The notes: a model not told the origin generated them from the letters alone. DNA of 64,000 bases from Alphaproteobacteria bacterium (GCA_965228775.1 OZ245840.1:2760434-2824433); one strand, 5' to 3'. Shown: positions 35,707-46,147, counted from the first letter of the stretch. Numbers and translations are program-made.

Positions 35707-37035
35707 ATGAAATTCAGTAAAAAATTGCTCGGGGCTGTTGGCGCAGCCGGGCTGCTCTCGGTGGGGATGGCAGATACAGCGTTTGCTGCTCCTTCTGACG
35801 AGACAGCTTTTGTTTTCAATACGCTGCTGTTCTTGATCGGCGGCTTTTTGGTCATGTTCATGGCCGCTGGCTTCTGCATGCTGGAAGTCGGTATGGTGCG
35901 GTCGAAAAACGCCGCAACCATCTGCGTAAAGAACATTGGCCTCTATTCCATTGCTGGTCTGATGTATTACGCGATCGGCTATAACCTTATGTACAACGGT
36001 GTCGGCGACATGGGCGGCTATTTCGGCATGCCTGGCCTGTGGGGTCCGGACACATCCTTCCTTACGGACGGTGCTTACACGGATCCTGAAGTGACCTACG
36101 CACCGGCATCCGACTGGTTCTTCCAGATGGTGTTCTGCGCAACCGCTGCTTCGATCGTTTCCGGCACGGTAGCCGAGCGCGTTAAGCTTTGGCCGTTCTT
36201 TATCTTCGTTGCCATCCTGACCGGTATCCTTTACCCGATCACCGGCTCTTGGCAGTGGGGTGGCGGCTGGCTTGCCGAAGCTGGCTTCTCCGACTTCGCT
36301 GGTTCTACGCTGGTACACTCTGTTGGCGGCTGGGCAGCTCTCGTCGGTGCCATCCTGATCGGCGCACGCTCTGGCAAATACGGCCCAGACGGCTCCATCA
36401 ACCCGATCCCGGGCTCTTCATTGCCGCTTGCAACATTGGGCACGTTCGTCCTTTGGCTCGGCTGGTTCGGCTTTAATGGTGGTTCGCAACTTGCTCTTGG
36501 ATCGGCAACAGACGCGAACGACGTGGCCCAAATCTTCGGCAACACCAACATCGCCGCAGCCGCTGGCTGTGTGACCGCAATGCTGTTGAGCCAAGTCTTC
36601 TATGGCAAGGTCGACCTTACCTTCGCATTGAACGGTGCATTGGCCGGCCTCGTTTCGATCACCGCAGAGCCGCTCACGCCGACCTTCGGCTGGGCTGTGA
36701 TCATCGGCGGTATCGGCGGCGTTCTGGTCGTTCTCTCGGTTCCGGTTCTCGACCGTCTCAAGATTGACGACGTGGTTGGCGCCATCCCGGTTCACCTGGT
36801 TGCAGGTATCTGGGGCACAATGGCGGTGCCGCTGACCAATGACGGTGTCACCTTCGGCGCTCAGGCGCTGGGTGTCGGTGCGATCGGCGCCTTTACGGTT
36901 GTTGCAAGCCTTATCTTCTGGCTGGTGCTTCAAGTGACTGTTGGTCTTCGGGCTTCCGAGGAAGACGAAATCGGCGGTCTTGACCAATCTGAACTTGGTC
37001 TGGAGGCCTATCCGGAGTTTGGCCGCGGAGCTTAA
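35707..37035 (+). CDS. amtB: Ammonium transporter AmtB
   Basis: Signal peptide followed by an 11-TM Amt/MEP pattern (DFAGSTLVHSVGGWAALVGAILIGAR...). AGGAGAGG upstream of the ATG at 35707. Confidence 0.85.
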   Translation: MKFSKKLLGAVGAAGLLSVGMADTAFAAPSDETAFVFNTLLFLIGGFLVMFMAAGFCMLEVGMVRSKNAATICVKNIGLYSIAGLMYYAIGYNLMYNGVGDMGGYFGMPGLWGPDTSFLTDGAYTDPEVTYAPASDWFFQMVFCATAASIVSGTVAERVKLWPFFIFVAILTGILYPITGSWQWGGGWLAEAGFSDFAGSTLVHSVGGWAALVGAILIGARSGKYGPDGSINPIPGSSLPLATLGTFVLWLGWFGFNGGSQLALGSATDANDVAQIFGNTNIAAAAGCVTAMLLSQVFYGKVDLTFALNGALAGLVSITAEPLTPTFGWAVIIGGIGGVLVVLSVPVLDRLKIDDVVGAIPVHLVAGIWGTMAVPLTNDGVTFGAQALGVGAIGAFTVVASLIFWLVLQVTVGLRASEEDEIGGLDQSELGLEAYPEFGRGA

Positions 37036-37085
37036 CCTCCCTACCGTCCAGCTGTCGCGTTCCTGACAGCTGGACCACTCCGAAA

Positions 37086-37118
37086 CCTGGGGGTCCCCAA
37101 GAACCCCCAGGTTTTTTT
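37086..37118 (+). terminator. Rho-independent terminator of glnK-amtB (CCTGGGGG-loop-CCCCCAGG followed by TTTTTTT), preceded by a second hairpin at 37049-37074
   Basis: Seen directly. Confidence 0.6.
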
Positions 37119-37401
37119 GTGCCCGCTGCCTTCCCTCCGCATACTGATAAGCCCCCGCCCCGGACGAATTAATCCGGAAACGGACGGCCTGATCCTCTAA
37201 GCACCCTGTCGATTTTGTTAACAGATCGTTAAGAGTTGCCCCATAGATCATTAGGGCGGGTTAAGACGGAAAACCACACACGTTCGGCAAGCCTCACTCC
37301 TGATCCCGCACTGGACGAAAGAGGGGACCGGACTTAGCATTTCGTGGGTAAAGGCTGAGTCGCGCTCTTGCGGGCGCACTGGAAAACAAGATGAGTTTGT
37401 G

Positions 37402-38592
37402 ATGGTTCTTGGGCGATTTGACGAATTGCCGCCTTACGCATTTCCGCGTTTACGTGCGCTGTTGGACGCGACCACGCCCGGCAACGCCCCCATTAACATG
37501 TCAATTGGGGAACCCCAGCATCAGCTCCCGGAATTTGTGACGGATGTGCTCCACAAAGAACGGGCTGGATATGCGAAATATCCCCCAATGGGCGGGACGC
37601 CCGAGCTGCTGTCAGCCATCAAGGACTGGCTCACAACCAGATATAATTTAGCGGCAGATTTCTTGAATCCGGCACAAAACATCATCCCGTTGAACGGCAC
37701 GCGGGAAGGATTGTTCAATGCCTGCCTTACCGTCACACCCGCCACAAAAGACAATCGGCAGCCGGCCGTATTGATCCCTAATCCGTTCTACCAATGCTAT
37801 GCGGGCGCTGCCGTAACGGCCGGTGCGGAACCGGTTTTTCTGCCGGCCCCGCGGGACAACAATTTCCTGCCGGAATTCAGCTCCTTGCCGGAAGACCTGC
37901 TGGCGCGAACGGCTTGTGTTTTCCTGTGTTCCCCGGCCAACCCTCAAGGAACGGTTGCAAGCGTAGAGTATTGGGACAGCCTGTTATCCCTGGCGGACAA
38001 GTATCAATTCACCGTGCTGGCAGATGAGTGCTACGCGGAGATCTACACGGAAACGCCCCCGCCTGGCGCCCTGTCCGCTGCCGGCCCGCGCGGATCGGTC
38101 AAGAACCTGCTGGTATTTCATTCTCTGTCCAAGCGGTCGAACCTGCCGGGTTTAAGGTCCGGCTTCGCGGCAGGAGATGCGGACCGGATTGCCCAGTACA
38201 AGCACTTTCGCAATTACGGTGGTGCGGCAAGCCCACTGCCGGTCCAGGCCGCAGCCGCCGCCGCCTGGCGCGAAGAGAGCCATGTGGAAGAAAATCGCCG
38301 CCTTTACCGGGAAAAGTTTGATCTTGCCCAAAACATTCTCGGCAATCGGTTCGGGTTTTACCGGCCTGCCGGTGGCTTTTATCTCTGGCTTGATGTGGAC
38401 GATGGTGAGAAGGCCGCCGAAAAGCTATGGCGCGAACAAGGGATTCGTGTTCTGCCGGGCCTTTATCTCGGCAGGGACGACCCGGAAACGGGTGCCGCCG
38501 GAAACCCGGGCCGCGCCTTTATCCGCGTGGCCCTGGTGAATGATCTGGATAGTACCGCTGCCGCCATAGAACGGATTAATGCATGCCTGTAG
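37402..38592 (+). CDS. Class I/II pyridoxal-phosphate aminotransferase, likely N-succinyldiaminopimelate aminotransferase (DapC-like)
   Basis: Fold-type I aminotransferase pattern (HSLSKRSNLPGLRSGF with the PLP lysine). N-terminus resembles DapC of proteobacteria. Specific function not certain. Confidence 0.6.
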   Translation: MVLGRFDELPPYAFPRLRALLDATTPGNAPINMSIGEPQHQLPEFVTDVLHKERAGYAKYPPMGGTPELLSAIKDWLTTRYNLAADFLNPAQNIIPLNGTREGLFNACLTVTPATKDNRQPAVLIPNPFYQCYAGAAVTAGAEPVFLPAPRDNNFLPEFSSLPEDLLARTACVFLCSPANPQGTVASVEYWDSLLSLADKYQFTVLADECYAEIYTETPPPGALSAAGPRGSVKNLLVFHSLSKRSNLPGLRSGFAAGDADRIAQYKHFRNYGGAASPLPVQAAAAAAWREESHVEENRRLYREKFDLAQNILGNRFGFYRPAGGFYLWLDVDDGEKAAEKLWREQGIRVLPGLYLGRDDPETGAAGNPGRAFIRVALVNDLDSTAAAIERINACL

Positions 38593-41057
38593 CGTCCAAA
38601 CGGAAACGCCCCGTTGGCGAAAACGCCTATGGCAAATCATCCTGGCGGTGGATTTGGACAAATCTGCTGCCGCCGCCAGTGCGCCAGTTCATGTTCCGGC
38701 GCACGACGGAATTCATCGGCATCGCGCTAATTGCGGGCGCGATCGGGCTGGCCATCTCCTTGGTGAGTTTTTCAAGCACCGATCCCACGTGGAACCGGGC
38801 AACCGGCGAAACACCGATCAATCTTCTGGGCGCACCTGGCGCCGTTGCGGCGGATATGGCCCTGCAAATTTTCGGCATTCTGTCGCTTGCACTCATCGTT
38901 CCGATGGGCGCCTTCGGATTGGCCCTGGTCCGCCATGATGCACTGCTGCCCGACGGGTGGATGCCACGGCTGCGGTTCGCCGCTTGGCCAGTTTCCTTTT
39001 TGAGTCTGTCGGCATTTGGGTCCGCCATTGCCGCCCCGCAAGCCTGGCCTTTCGCCGTCGGCCTTGGTGGCTTGGTGGGCGACCAAATTCTATCCGGCTT
39101 TGCGCAAGCGTTCATGACTCAGCTGGACCGAGGGCCGGCATTCTTTGGTGCCGCGATCTCAACCGGTATGATCGGGCTGGCAGGCTTGGCATTTGCAACT
39201 GGGTTTGGGGCACGTGAAGCGTGGCAATCCGCCGCTTTCTGCGTCCGCAAAGCACGGGAATTCGCCGCCACTTATCGAGAGTTAGATGTCTTTGGCGTCC
39301 CTGAGAAGGCGCCGAAGCAGGAACCGAAACTCGCTCCTTTAGATCAGCTGCGCGCCGTCGCGCATGCGTCGGATATTGTGCCTGAGCGTCTCTCGGACGA
39401 ACCGGACGGAGAGATCTATGATGATGCCGACGACGACATCATCGACGAGCCGATCACCACCAATCGCGTTAAGCGGGGGCCAACCCGCCTCAAGAAAGGC
39501 AAGCGGGAACGGAAAGAAGCACAGCCCTCGTTCAAACTGCGGGAGGTCGATTTCGAACTGCCGCCGCTGAACTTGCTGGCCAAGCCGAAGGGGCGGCCCC
39601 AATCGGAGACGGTCAGCGACGAAAGCCTGGAACAAAACGCGCGGTTGCTCGAAAGCGTGCTGGATGATTTTGGCATTCGCGGCAAAATTCTGCAGGTACG
39701 CCCGGGCCCGGTGGTCACGCTTTATGAGTTGGAACCCGCACCCGGCATCAAATCCTCCAGGATTATTGGCCTGGCGGACGACATTGCCCGGTCCATGAGC
39801 GCCGTCTCGGCGCGCGTCGCGGTCATACCGGGGCGGAACGTCATTGGCATCGAATTGCCCAATGCGCGCCGGGAGATGGTTTTTCTGAGAGAGCTTTTGT
39901 CTTCCGTTGAATACGAAACGTCTAAATCTCCGCTGACTTTGGCGCTGGGCAAGAATATTGGCGGCGAACCGATCACCGCCGACCTGGCGCAAATGCCCCA
40001 CTTGCTGGTGGCGGGCACCACCGGCTCCGGCAAATCTGTGGCGATCAACACGATGATCCTGTCGCTGCTTTACCGCCAATCGCCGGAAGACTGTAAGCTG
40101 ATCCTGATCGATCCGAAGATGCTGGAATTATCCGTATACGATGGGATTCCGCATCTGTTGTCACCTGTGGTGACAGACCCGAAAAAAGCCATCGTCGCGC
40201 TAAAATGGGTCGTGCGGGAAATGGAAGACCGTTACCGCAAAATGTCGAAGCTTGGTGTACGGAACATTACGGGCTTCAACGCACGGCTTGCCGACGCCGA
40301 ACAAAAGGGCGAAGAACTCAAGCGCACCATCCAGACCGGCTTCGACAAGGAGAGCGGCGAGCCCATCTTCGAAGAAGAGTTCATGGAGCTGGAGCCAATG
40401 CCGTTCATCGTGGTCATCGTCGACGAGATGGCGGATCTGATGATGGTGGCCGGCAAGGAAATCGAAGGAGCCGTACAGCGCTTGGCCCAAATGGCACGCG
40501 CGGCCGGCATTCACATGATCACCGCCACCCAACGCCCAAGCGTCGATGTGATTACCGGCACGATTAAAGCCAATTTCCCGACGCGCATTTCGTTCCAGGT
40601 CACCTCGAAAATCGACAGCCGCACGATCTTAGGAGAGCAGGGGGCCGAACAGCTTCTGGGCCAAGGGGACATGTTGTACATGGCAGGCGGCGGGCGCATT
40701 CGCCGTGTCCATTCGCCCTTCGTGTCCGACGACGAGGTGGAACAGGTGGTGTCCTTCCTGAAGAAGCAAGGCATGCCGGACTATGTGGAAGCAGTCACTG
40801 AAGGCGGCGACGAAGAGGGCGATGATCCGTTCGGGCTCGGCATGGGCGGCGGCAACTCGGCCGATGCGCTTTACGATCAAGCCGTGGCGATTGTGGCGCG
40901 GGACCGGAAAGTGTCCACAAGCTACATTCAGCGGCGCTTGCAGATTGGCTACAACCGCGCCGCCCGTATTGTGGAAGAAATGGAAGAACAGGGGGTGATT
41001 TCAGGCCCCAATCACCAGGGCCGCCGCGAGGTCTTGGTGGGCGACCACAGCGCCTAA
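38583..41057 (+). CDS. ftsK: DNA translocase FtsK
   Basis: N-terminal TM domain, long linker, motor domain with Walker A AGTTGSGKS and Walker B VIVDEMADL, and a C-terminal winged-helix gamma domain (YDQAVAIVARDRKVSTSYIQRRLQIGYNRAARIVEEME). Confidence 0.9.
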   Translation: MPVASKRKRPVGENAYGKSSWRWIWTNLLPPPVRQFMFRRTTEFIGIALIAGAIGLAISLVSFSSTDPTWNRATGETPINLLGAPGAVAADMALQIFGILSLALIVPMGAFGLALVRHDALLPDGWMPRLRFAAWPVSFLSLSAFGSAIAAPQAWPFAVGLGGLVGDQILSGFAQAFMTQLDRGPAFFGAAISTGMIGLAGLAFATGFGAREAWQSAAFCVRKAREFAATYRELDVFGVPEKAPKQEPKLAPLDQLRAVAHASDIVPERLSDEPDGEIYDDADDDIIDEPITTNRVKRGPTRLKKGKRERKEAQPSFKLREVDFELPPLNLLAKPKGRPQSETVSDESLEQNARLLESVLDDFGIRGKILQVRPGPVVTLYELEPAPGIKSSRIIGLADDIARSMSAVSARVAVIPGRNVIGIELPNARREMVFLRELLSSVEYETSKSPLTLALGKNIGGEPITADLAQMPHLLVAGTTGSGKSVAINTMILSLLYRQSPEDCKLILIDPKMLELSVYDGIPHLLSPVVTDPKKAIVALKWVVREMEDRYRKMSKLGVRNITGFNARLADAEQKGEELKRTIQTGFDKESGEPIFEEEFMELEPMPFIVVIVDEMADLMMVAGKEIEGAVQRLAQMARAAGIHMITATQRPSVDVITGTIKANFPTRISFQVTSKIDSRTILGEQGAEQLLGQGDMLYMAGGGRIRRVHSPFVSDDEVEQVVSFLKKQGMPDYVEAVTEGGDEEGDDPFGLGMGGGNSADALYDQAVAIVARDRKVSTSYIQRRLQIGYNRAARIVEEMEEQGVISGPNHQGRREVLVGDHSA

Positions 41058-41085
41058 CGGCGCTGCTTTTTGCTACAGTACCTCG

Positions 41086-41155
41086 CCTCCCACTCCCCCT
41101 CCCAACTACCCGCCAGGATACCGTATCCGGGTGGTTGGGATGGGGGCGCGGGACG
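41086..41155. repeat. REP-like palindromic element, family copy 2 (degenerate)
   Basis: CTCCCACTCCCCCTCCCAAC...GGGTGGTTGGGATGGGGG. An internal CCGGATACGGTATCCTGG mini-palindrome is present. Confidence 0.5.
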
Positions 41156-41251
41156 GCTTAGCTTATTAGCATTGCCCATTCATCCTCAATTCAGCCTCAT
41201 TTGTGATGATGCTGACGTTCGATTATTGAAAGAGAAGATGCCCGTCCGCAT

Positions 41252-41887
41252 ATGTCGAAAACCATTATGACGAAACTTTCCCGACGCACATTGATCGCTT
41301 CCGCAGCCGGCCTCTTGGCGGTCTCCGTGATGGCGCTTCCCGTCTCGAACGCCACCGGGTCAACCCAGGATGATGCGGACCTTGATCGTGTGAGCGATTA
41401 CTTGAATGAACTGCGCACACTGAAAGGCAAGTTCTTCCAGCTCGATGATGACGGCACGGAATCTCAGGGCGTTTTCTTTTTGTCGCGGCCCGGCAAGTTG
41501 CGCTTCGAATACATTTCACCGCCGGAATTCCCAACCCTTGTTGCCAGCGGCAAATGGGTGACGCTGGAAAACCATCAACTCAAAACCGTGAACCGGTATC
41601 CGTTGAAAGCGACACCGCTGAAAATTCTTCTGAAGAAAAATGTGAACCTTTCCAAGGACACGGACATAATTGCTATTGACCGGTCGCCGGGCATGTTGAG
41701 CGTGACCGCACGCGAGCGGACAGGCAAAGCCCAAGGCGAATTGACCATGATCTTTGCCGAGCCGGCTTTGGAATTAAGGCACTGGGTCGTGCGCGACTCA
41801 AATGGTTACACAACGCGTGTTTCCCTTACGGATATGCAACGGGATGTAGCCTTAGAACCGGCGCTGTTCATTCCCGCCGATAAGTAA
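41252..41887 (+). CDS. lolA: Outer-membrane lipoprotein carrier protein LolA
   Basis: Signal peptide plus LolA-like beta-barrel pattern. The conserved ftsK-lolA synteny supports the call. Confidence 0.7.
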   Translation: MSKTIMTKLSRRTLIASAAGLLAVSVMALPVSNATGSTQDDADLDRVSDYLNELRTLKGKFFQLDDDGTESQGVFFLSRPGKLRFEYISPPEFPTLVASGKWVTLENHQLKTVNRYPLKATPLKILLKKNVNLSKDTDIIAIDRSPGMLSVTARERTGKAQGELTMIFAEPALELRHWVVRDSNGYTTRVSLTDMQRDVALEPALFIPADK

Positions 41888-42045
41888 CATTTGCACCGCG
41901 CAAGCGGTTGTAAGAATGTAACCAAAGCACACAAACCCCAGTAATACACTCATAGATACGCTGTGTCACAGCGGCAACATCGCAAGCGCAAAAACGCAAC
42001 GGTTAAATTTTTCTTTAAAGTGTTGCAGAAAATCACAGATTTTCA

Positions 42046-42230
42046 TTGAAACCCGCCCACCAAACGAATATCTTGGTTTTGCAGGCGGATGAGACAGCGG
42101 TTGAATTTGCATTGCCCCCCCCGCTAGCAAATTCGATCCTCATTCGCACGCGCCGGCCTATCCCCTCCCGGCGCTAGCGCAACAAAGCGCATGTGAGCGC
42201 CCGGTCACTTGTTGATCGGGCGCTTTTTTT
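42046..42230 (+). ncRNA. Candidate small RNA or terminated leader. Sigma70-like promoter (-35 TTGAAA 42046-42051, 17-nt spacer, -10 TATCTT 42069-42074), about 150-nt body with no credible ORF, and an intrinsic terminator (GCGCCCG-loop-CGGGCGC-T7, 42197-42230)
   Basis: All elements seen directly. The only ORF inside is a 29-codon frame without a ribosome-binding site. Confidence 0.3.
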
Positions 42231-42255
42231 GGCGCTAATTGTTTAGTTGCATTTC

Positions 42256-42326
42256 CACCCACTCCCCCGTCCCAGCCACCCCAAGGGTACCCTCGCACGG
42301 GTGGTTGGGACGGGGGAGTGGGTGGT
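42256..42326. repeat. REP-like palindromic element, family copy 3
   Basis: CCACCCACTCCCCCGTCCCAGCCACCCCAAGGGTACCC...GGGTGGTTGGGACGGGGGAGTGGGTGG. Confidence 0.55.
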
Positions 42327-42339
42327 CAGGAATCGTAAT

Positions 42340-42936
42340 ATGCAAGACGAAGACGATATTTTTGAAGAATGGGACGTGGCCGAAGATTGGCCGACTCTGC
42401 CGCTGGTTAAGCGATTTCTGAAGGCGCTGACCAGAGTGAATTGGTTGGCCAATGTAGGGGCCGGTCTGTCGCCGGACGCGAGCGATGCCGCACGCCATTA
42501 TCTGGACGCTTTGGGTTTCCCCGAAGTTGAGTTGTTTCCCGTGCCCAGCTGGGAGGATGCCGCAGACGCCGCCGCGAACGTAGGTGTGGATTCAGCCGCT
42601 TGGGAAGCCGAAGAGCAGATGCGCATCGCGCTGGCAACCGAGGCCACTGAATTGCTCGGCGAGCCGGTGATCGAGATTTTGCTCACACATGTGTCCGCCC
42701 TCATCGGCAAAACCGTGCGCGCCACCACCGAAGAAACGGCATCCCTGTGGGATGTGACGGACGAAGGCCTCATGACCGCCGTTGCCGGAGATATCATCCG
42801 CAGCGCGCACCAAGTGGTGCTTCTGTTGGCCATCGGTTCCGACGAAGAGGACCATCCCTTTGCTCTTAAGTTCCGGCTTTACGAGTCCGGCCATTGGCCT
42901 ATCGGCGTGTCGGGCAACACCTTCCATATTTTTTAA
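42340..42936 (+). CDS. Hypothetical acidic protein (198 aa)
   Basis: The ATG at 42340 sits just beyond the REP element; the longer track ORF reads through the repeat. No recognised domain. Confidence 0.45.
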   Translation: MQDEDDIFEEWDVAEDWPTLPLVKRFLKALTRVNWLANVGAGLSPDASDAARHYLDALGFPEVELFPVPSWEDAADAAANVGVDSAAWEAEEQMRIALATEATELLGEPVIEILLTHVSALIGKTVRATTEETASLWDVTDEGLMTAVAGDIIRSAHQVVLLLAIGSDEEDHPFALKFRLYESGHWPIGVSGNTFHIF

Positions 42937-43039
42937 TTAAGTGGGTTGGCCAGGCAATCAATCCAAACAACACATTCCAATTGAGATTGAACTGAATTAA
43001 ATTGACGGGCCCACCAAAACGTCCTGCCGAAAGCACTTC

Positions 43040-43840
43040 ATGACGCTCACCATCGCCACCTGGAACATCAATTCCGTTCGCCTTCGCATCGAGATTGTCA
43101 AAAAATTCTTGAAAGAATTCGAGCCCGACATTCTATGCCTGCAGGAAACCAAAGTGGCGAACGACCTATTTCCCCACAAGCCCTTCGAAGAACTGGGGTA
43201 CGTGCATCGGGCGATCAATGGACAGAAGGGCTATCACGGCGTCGCCACTGTTTCGAAAATTCCCTTTGATGCAACTAACGCCCATGAATTCTGTGGCAAA
43301 GGCGATACGCGCCATGTGAGCGTGACCCTCAAAGACGGCATTGAGCTGCACAATTTTTATGTGCCGGCCGGCGGAGACGAACCGGACCCGGAAAAGAACG
43401 AGAAGTTTGCCCACAAGCTCGCCTTTCTGAAGGAAATGAAAGATTTCTTCGGCAAGCGGCGCGGCAAGAAAACGAACAAGCTGATCGCGGTCGGCGACAT
43501 GAACATCGCCCCTCTGGAGTCGGACGTGTGGTCTCACAAACAATTGCTCAAAGTGGTGAGCCATACGCCCATCGAAGTGGAACATCTGGATGAGGTGATG
43601 AAGAGCCATCAATGGATGGATGTGACCCGGCATCTCACGCCGGAGCCGGAGAAGCTTTATTCCTGGTGGAGCTATCGTGCGCGCGACTGGGATACGTCCG
43701 ACCGGGGGCGGCGCCTTGATCACATCTGGGTCACGCCTGCCCTGGCGGATAAACCGGTTTCGTCTGAGATCATTCGCGATGCGCGCGGCTGGGAAAAACC
43801 ATCAGACCATGTGCCGGTGATTACGAAATTCAAGCTGTGA
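43040..43840 (+). CDS. xth: Exodeoxyribonuclease III (AP endonuclease family 1)
   Basis: MTLTIATWNINSVRLRIEIVKKFLKEFEPDILCLQETKV and the C-terminal DHVPV catalytic region. Confidence 0.85.
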   Translation: MTLTIATWNINSVRLRIEIVKKFLKEFEPDILCLQETKVANDLFPHKPFEELGYVHRAINGQKGYHGVATVSKIPFDATNAHEFCGKGDTRHVSVTLKDGIELHNFYVPAGGDEPDPEKNEKFAHKLAFLKEMKDFFGKRRGKKTNKLIAVGDMNIAPLESDVWSHKQLLKVVSHTPIEVEHLDEVMKSHQWMDVTRHLTPEPEKLYSWWSYRARDWDTSDRGRRLDHIWVTPALADKPVSSEIIRDARGWEKPSDHVPVITKFKL

Positions 43841-43864
43841 GTTGCTCGTCAAACGAGGGTTAGC

Positions 43865-44704
43865 ATGGGTTTGGAGACATTAGGGCAGGTTAACGCGTTC
43901 GGCGGAACCCAAGGCATTTACAGGCACCAATCGTCATCCACTGGGACGGAAATGACGTTCTCGGTCTATGTGCCGCCGCATGCGCAGGGCGCCAAGCTGC
44001 CTGTTGTCTGGTACTTGTCCGGCCTTACCTGCACCCATGCCAATGTGACCGAGAAGGGGGAATTCCGCCGGGCCTGCAGTGAGCTTGGACTCATCTTCGT
44101 AGCGCCCGACACGAGCCCGCGCGGCGACAACGTGCCGAATGAAGACACTTTCGATTTCGGGCAAGGCGCGGGCTTCTATGTGGATGCAACGGAAGCTCCG
44201 TGGTCAGAGCACTTTCAAATGCGCACCTATATCGAAGAGGAGCTGCCGGGCCTTATCGCCGAAAGCTTCCCGGCTGACATGGACCGCCAAGGAATTACGG
44301 GCCACTCCATGGGTGGCCACGGCGCCCTAACGATCGCATTGCGGAACCCAGATCGCTTCAAGAGCGTATCCGCTTTCGCCCCTATTGTTTCGCCGCTCAA
44401 TTGCCCCTGGGGCGACAAAGCGCTTTCGGGCTATCTGGGGCCCGACCGCCAAAAGTGGCGTGCGTATGACACTTGCGCCCTCATCGAAGACGGCGCGCGG
44501 CTTCCCCATATGTTGGTGGACCAGGGTATGGCAGATGGTTTTCTCAACGAACAGCTGAAGCCAGAATTGCTGGAGGAGGCCTGCCAAAAAGCGGGACAGC
44601 CCCTAGCCTTGCGGCGTCATGAGGACTACGACCACAGCTACTATTTCATCTCCACCTTCATGGAAGACCATTTGCGCTGGCACGCCGATCGGATAGAACG
44701 GTAA
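43865..44704 (+). CDS. fghA: S-formylglutathione hydrolase (esterase D family)
   Basis: Nucleophile elbow GHSMGGHGA, catalytic His near the C-terminus (HEDYDHSYYF), family-typical length. Confidence 0.85.
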   Translation: MGLETLGQVNAFGGTQGIYRHQSSSTGTEMTFSVYVPPHAQGAKLPVVWYLSGLTCTHANVTEKGEFRRACSELGLIFVAPDTSPRGDNVPNEDTFDFGQGAGFYVDATEAPWSEHFQMRTYIEEELPGLIAESFPADMDRQGITGHSMGGHGALTIALRNPDRFKSVSAFAPIVSPLNCPWGDKALSGYLGPDRQKWRAYDTCALIEDGARLPHMLVDQGMADGFLNEQLKPELLEEACQKAGQPLALRRHEDYDHSYYFISTFMEDHLRWHADRIER

Positions 44705-44734
44705 AGACGCTGGTTTGTCGGGGCCGCCTTACCC

Positions 44735-45370
44735 CTAGAAGTTTGCCCAAATTGGATGGCCGCGAGCGCCCCAAAACACAAACCACTTACCAGCAGAGCG
44801 GAGGATTTCGCGCTGATCCTCAACGGATGCCGCACCTGAGGGCTGGTTACCGAATACGCGCCTGAACCAACTTTTTGGCTCACTTTTTCGCGGCTCGCCT
44901 TCAGCCGCAGCGAGTAGTCTTTCACCATATGCCTTGGCTTCCTCTGGTGTGATAACTAAACGCCAAGCTGCCTCCAATGTCTCATTGTCGATCAAATCAC
45001 TACAGGTCTCCAAAATCTGTCCACGGAATGTGTGCGAATCAACATAACCCAAAGATCCATTGGAGTAGTCCGGCACACCGTCAACTTGAACAAGCTCAAC
45101 AACGTGAAAGCCTAACAGTGACTCCAAATACTCATCGTTCGACCGGGAGTCGTTCGCGGGTTTGTTTTTCAAAACCCATTCATCAGCTCGCTTATCTTTC
45201 CCCACAACCGGCGCACCAAGGGTCTCGTGCGACGGTATAGAAATTTCAATCAGGCGCTCCTGCTCCACATCAGAAAGCTCGTCGTCCGCATAAAGTCTTC
45301 TGAGTAACCGGTCCCATTCATCTTCGAATCCGGGCCGAGATTTTCCAAGTGGTTCGAGATCAAGTCCCAT
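44735..45370 (-). CDS. Hypothetical protein (211 aa), low-GC single gene
   Basis: About 50% GC coding region convergent with fghA. No domain recognised. Confidence 0.45.
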   Translation of the reverse strand: MGLDLEPLGKSRPGFEDEWDRLLRRLYADDELSDVEQERLIEISIPSHETLGAPVVGKDKRADEWVLKNKPANDSRSNDEYLESLLGFHVVELVQVDGVPDYSNGSLGYVDSHTFRGQILETCSDLIDNETLEAAWRLVITPEEAKAYGERLLAAAEGEPRKSEPKSWFRRVFGNQPSGAASVEDQREILRSAGKWFVFWGARGHPIWANF

Positions 45371-45639
45371 ATTCGACTCCTGTTAATAAGAGCATGTTTC
45401 ACCCACTCTGGGTTAAGCGTGTGAGAACATGTACCAAATGAGAGTGGTGATTTTTTAAGGTTTGCTGTGTTCTGGAGATGCAAAGTGCGATCAAGAACAC
45501 GCGAGGAAATCAGCTTTCTCTAGGCCTTCATGAAACCGAAGGCTTGGTTCCACTACAGAAGACGGGTTTCCGCCGGGCGCATTACCTACTTGAACCGAAC
45601 TACAATATGTTTGCTCCAAGTCTAGAGCTTTGTCAGAGC

Positions 45640-46101
45640 TTACCCCGCCGCGTTGAGCTTGGCGCGGGCTTCGGTGAGGTCCCGGGTGGTGTCCGCCAAG
45701 CGCATCGACAGAACCCGCATGATTTCCAGACCCATCTGTGGAAACTCGGAAATCATCCTGTAGAAAAGTTCCTTCGTGATGCGCAAGGCTTCCACACGGG
45801 TCTTCGCGGTCACAGTGGCCGTTCGCGGCACATCGGTGAGTATGGAGATCTCACCCACGAATGCGTTCTTTCCCAGCGTGGCAACAACGGTCGATCCGCT
45901 GTCGTTTTCCACGGAGACATCCGCTTCGCCATCAATAATCACATAGGCAGCATCGCCGATCTCGCCCTGGCGGCACATTTCATTGCCTTGTTCAAAACAG
46001 ATGCGTTCGCTCGCGAACGCCAAGAGCTTGATCTTCGCAAGATCGATGTTCTCGAACAGTGGAATACGACGCAGTAAATCTACTTCTTGCTTGATACTCA
46101 T
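45640..46101 (-). CDS. Cyclic-nucleotide-binding (cNMP/CAP-effector) domain protein, stand-alone
   Basis: RRIPLFENIDLAKIKLLAFASERICFEQGNEMCRQGEIGDAAYVIIDGEADV...GEISIL is the cNMP-binding beta-barrel signature. Confidence 0.7.
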   Translation of the reverse strand: MSIKQEVDLLRRIPLFENIDLAKIKLLAFASERICFEQGNEMCRQGEIGDAAYVIIDGEADVSVENDSGSTVVATLGKNAFVGEISILTDVPRTATVTAKTRVEALRITKELFYRMISEFPQMGLEIMRVLSMRLADTTRDLTEARAKLNAAG

Positions 46102-46147
46102 AGCGACTTCTCCAGCTCCCCAGCCATTTTTGTTCCTTTGCGGATCA

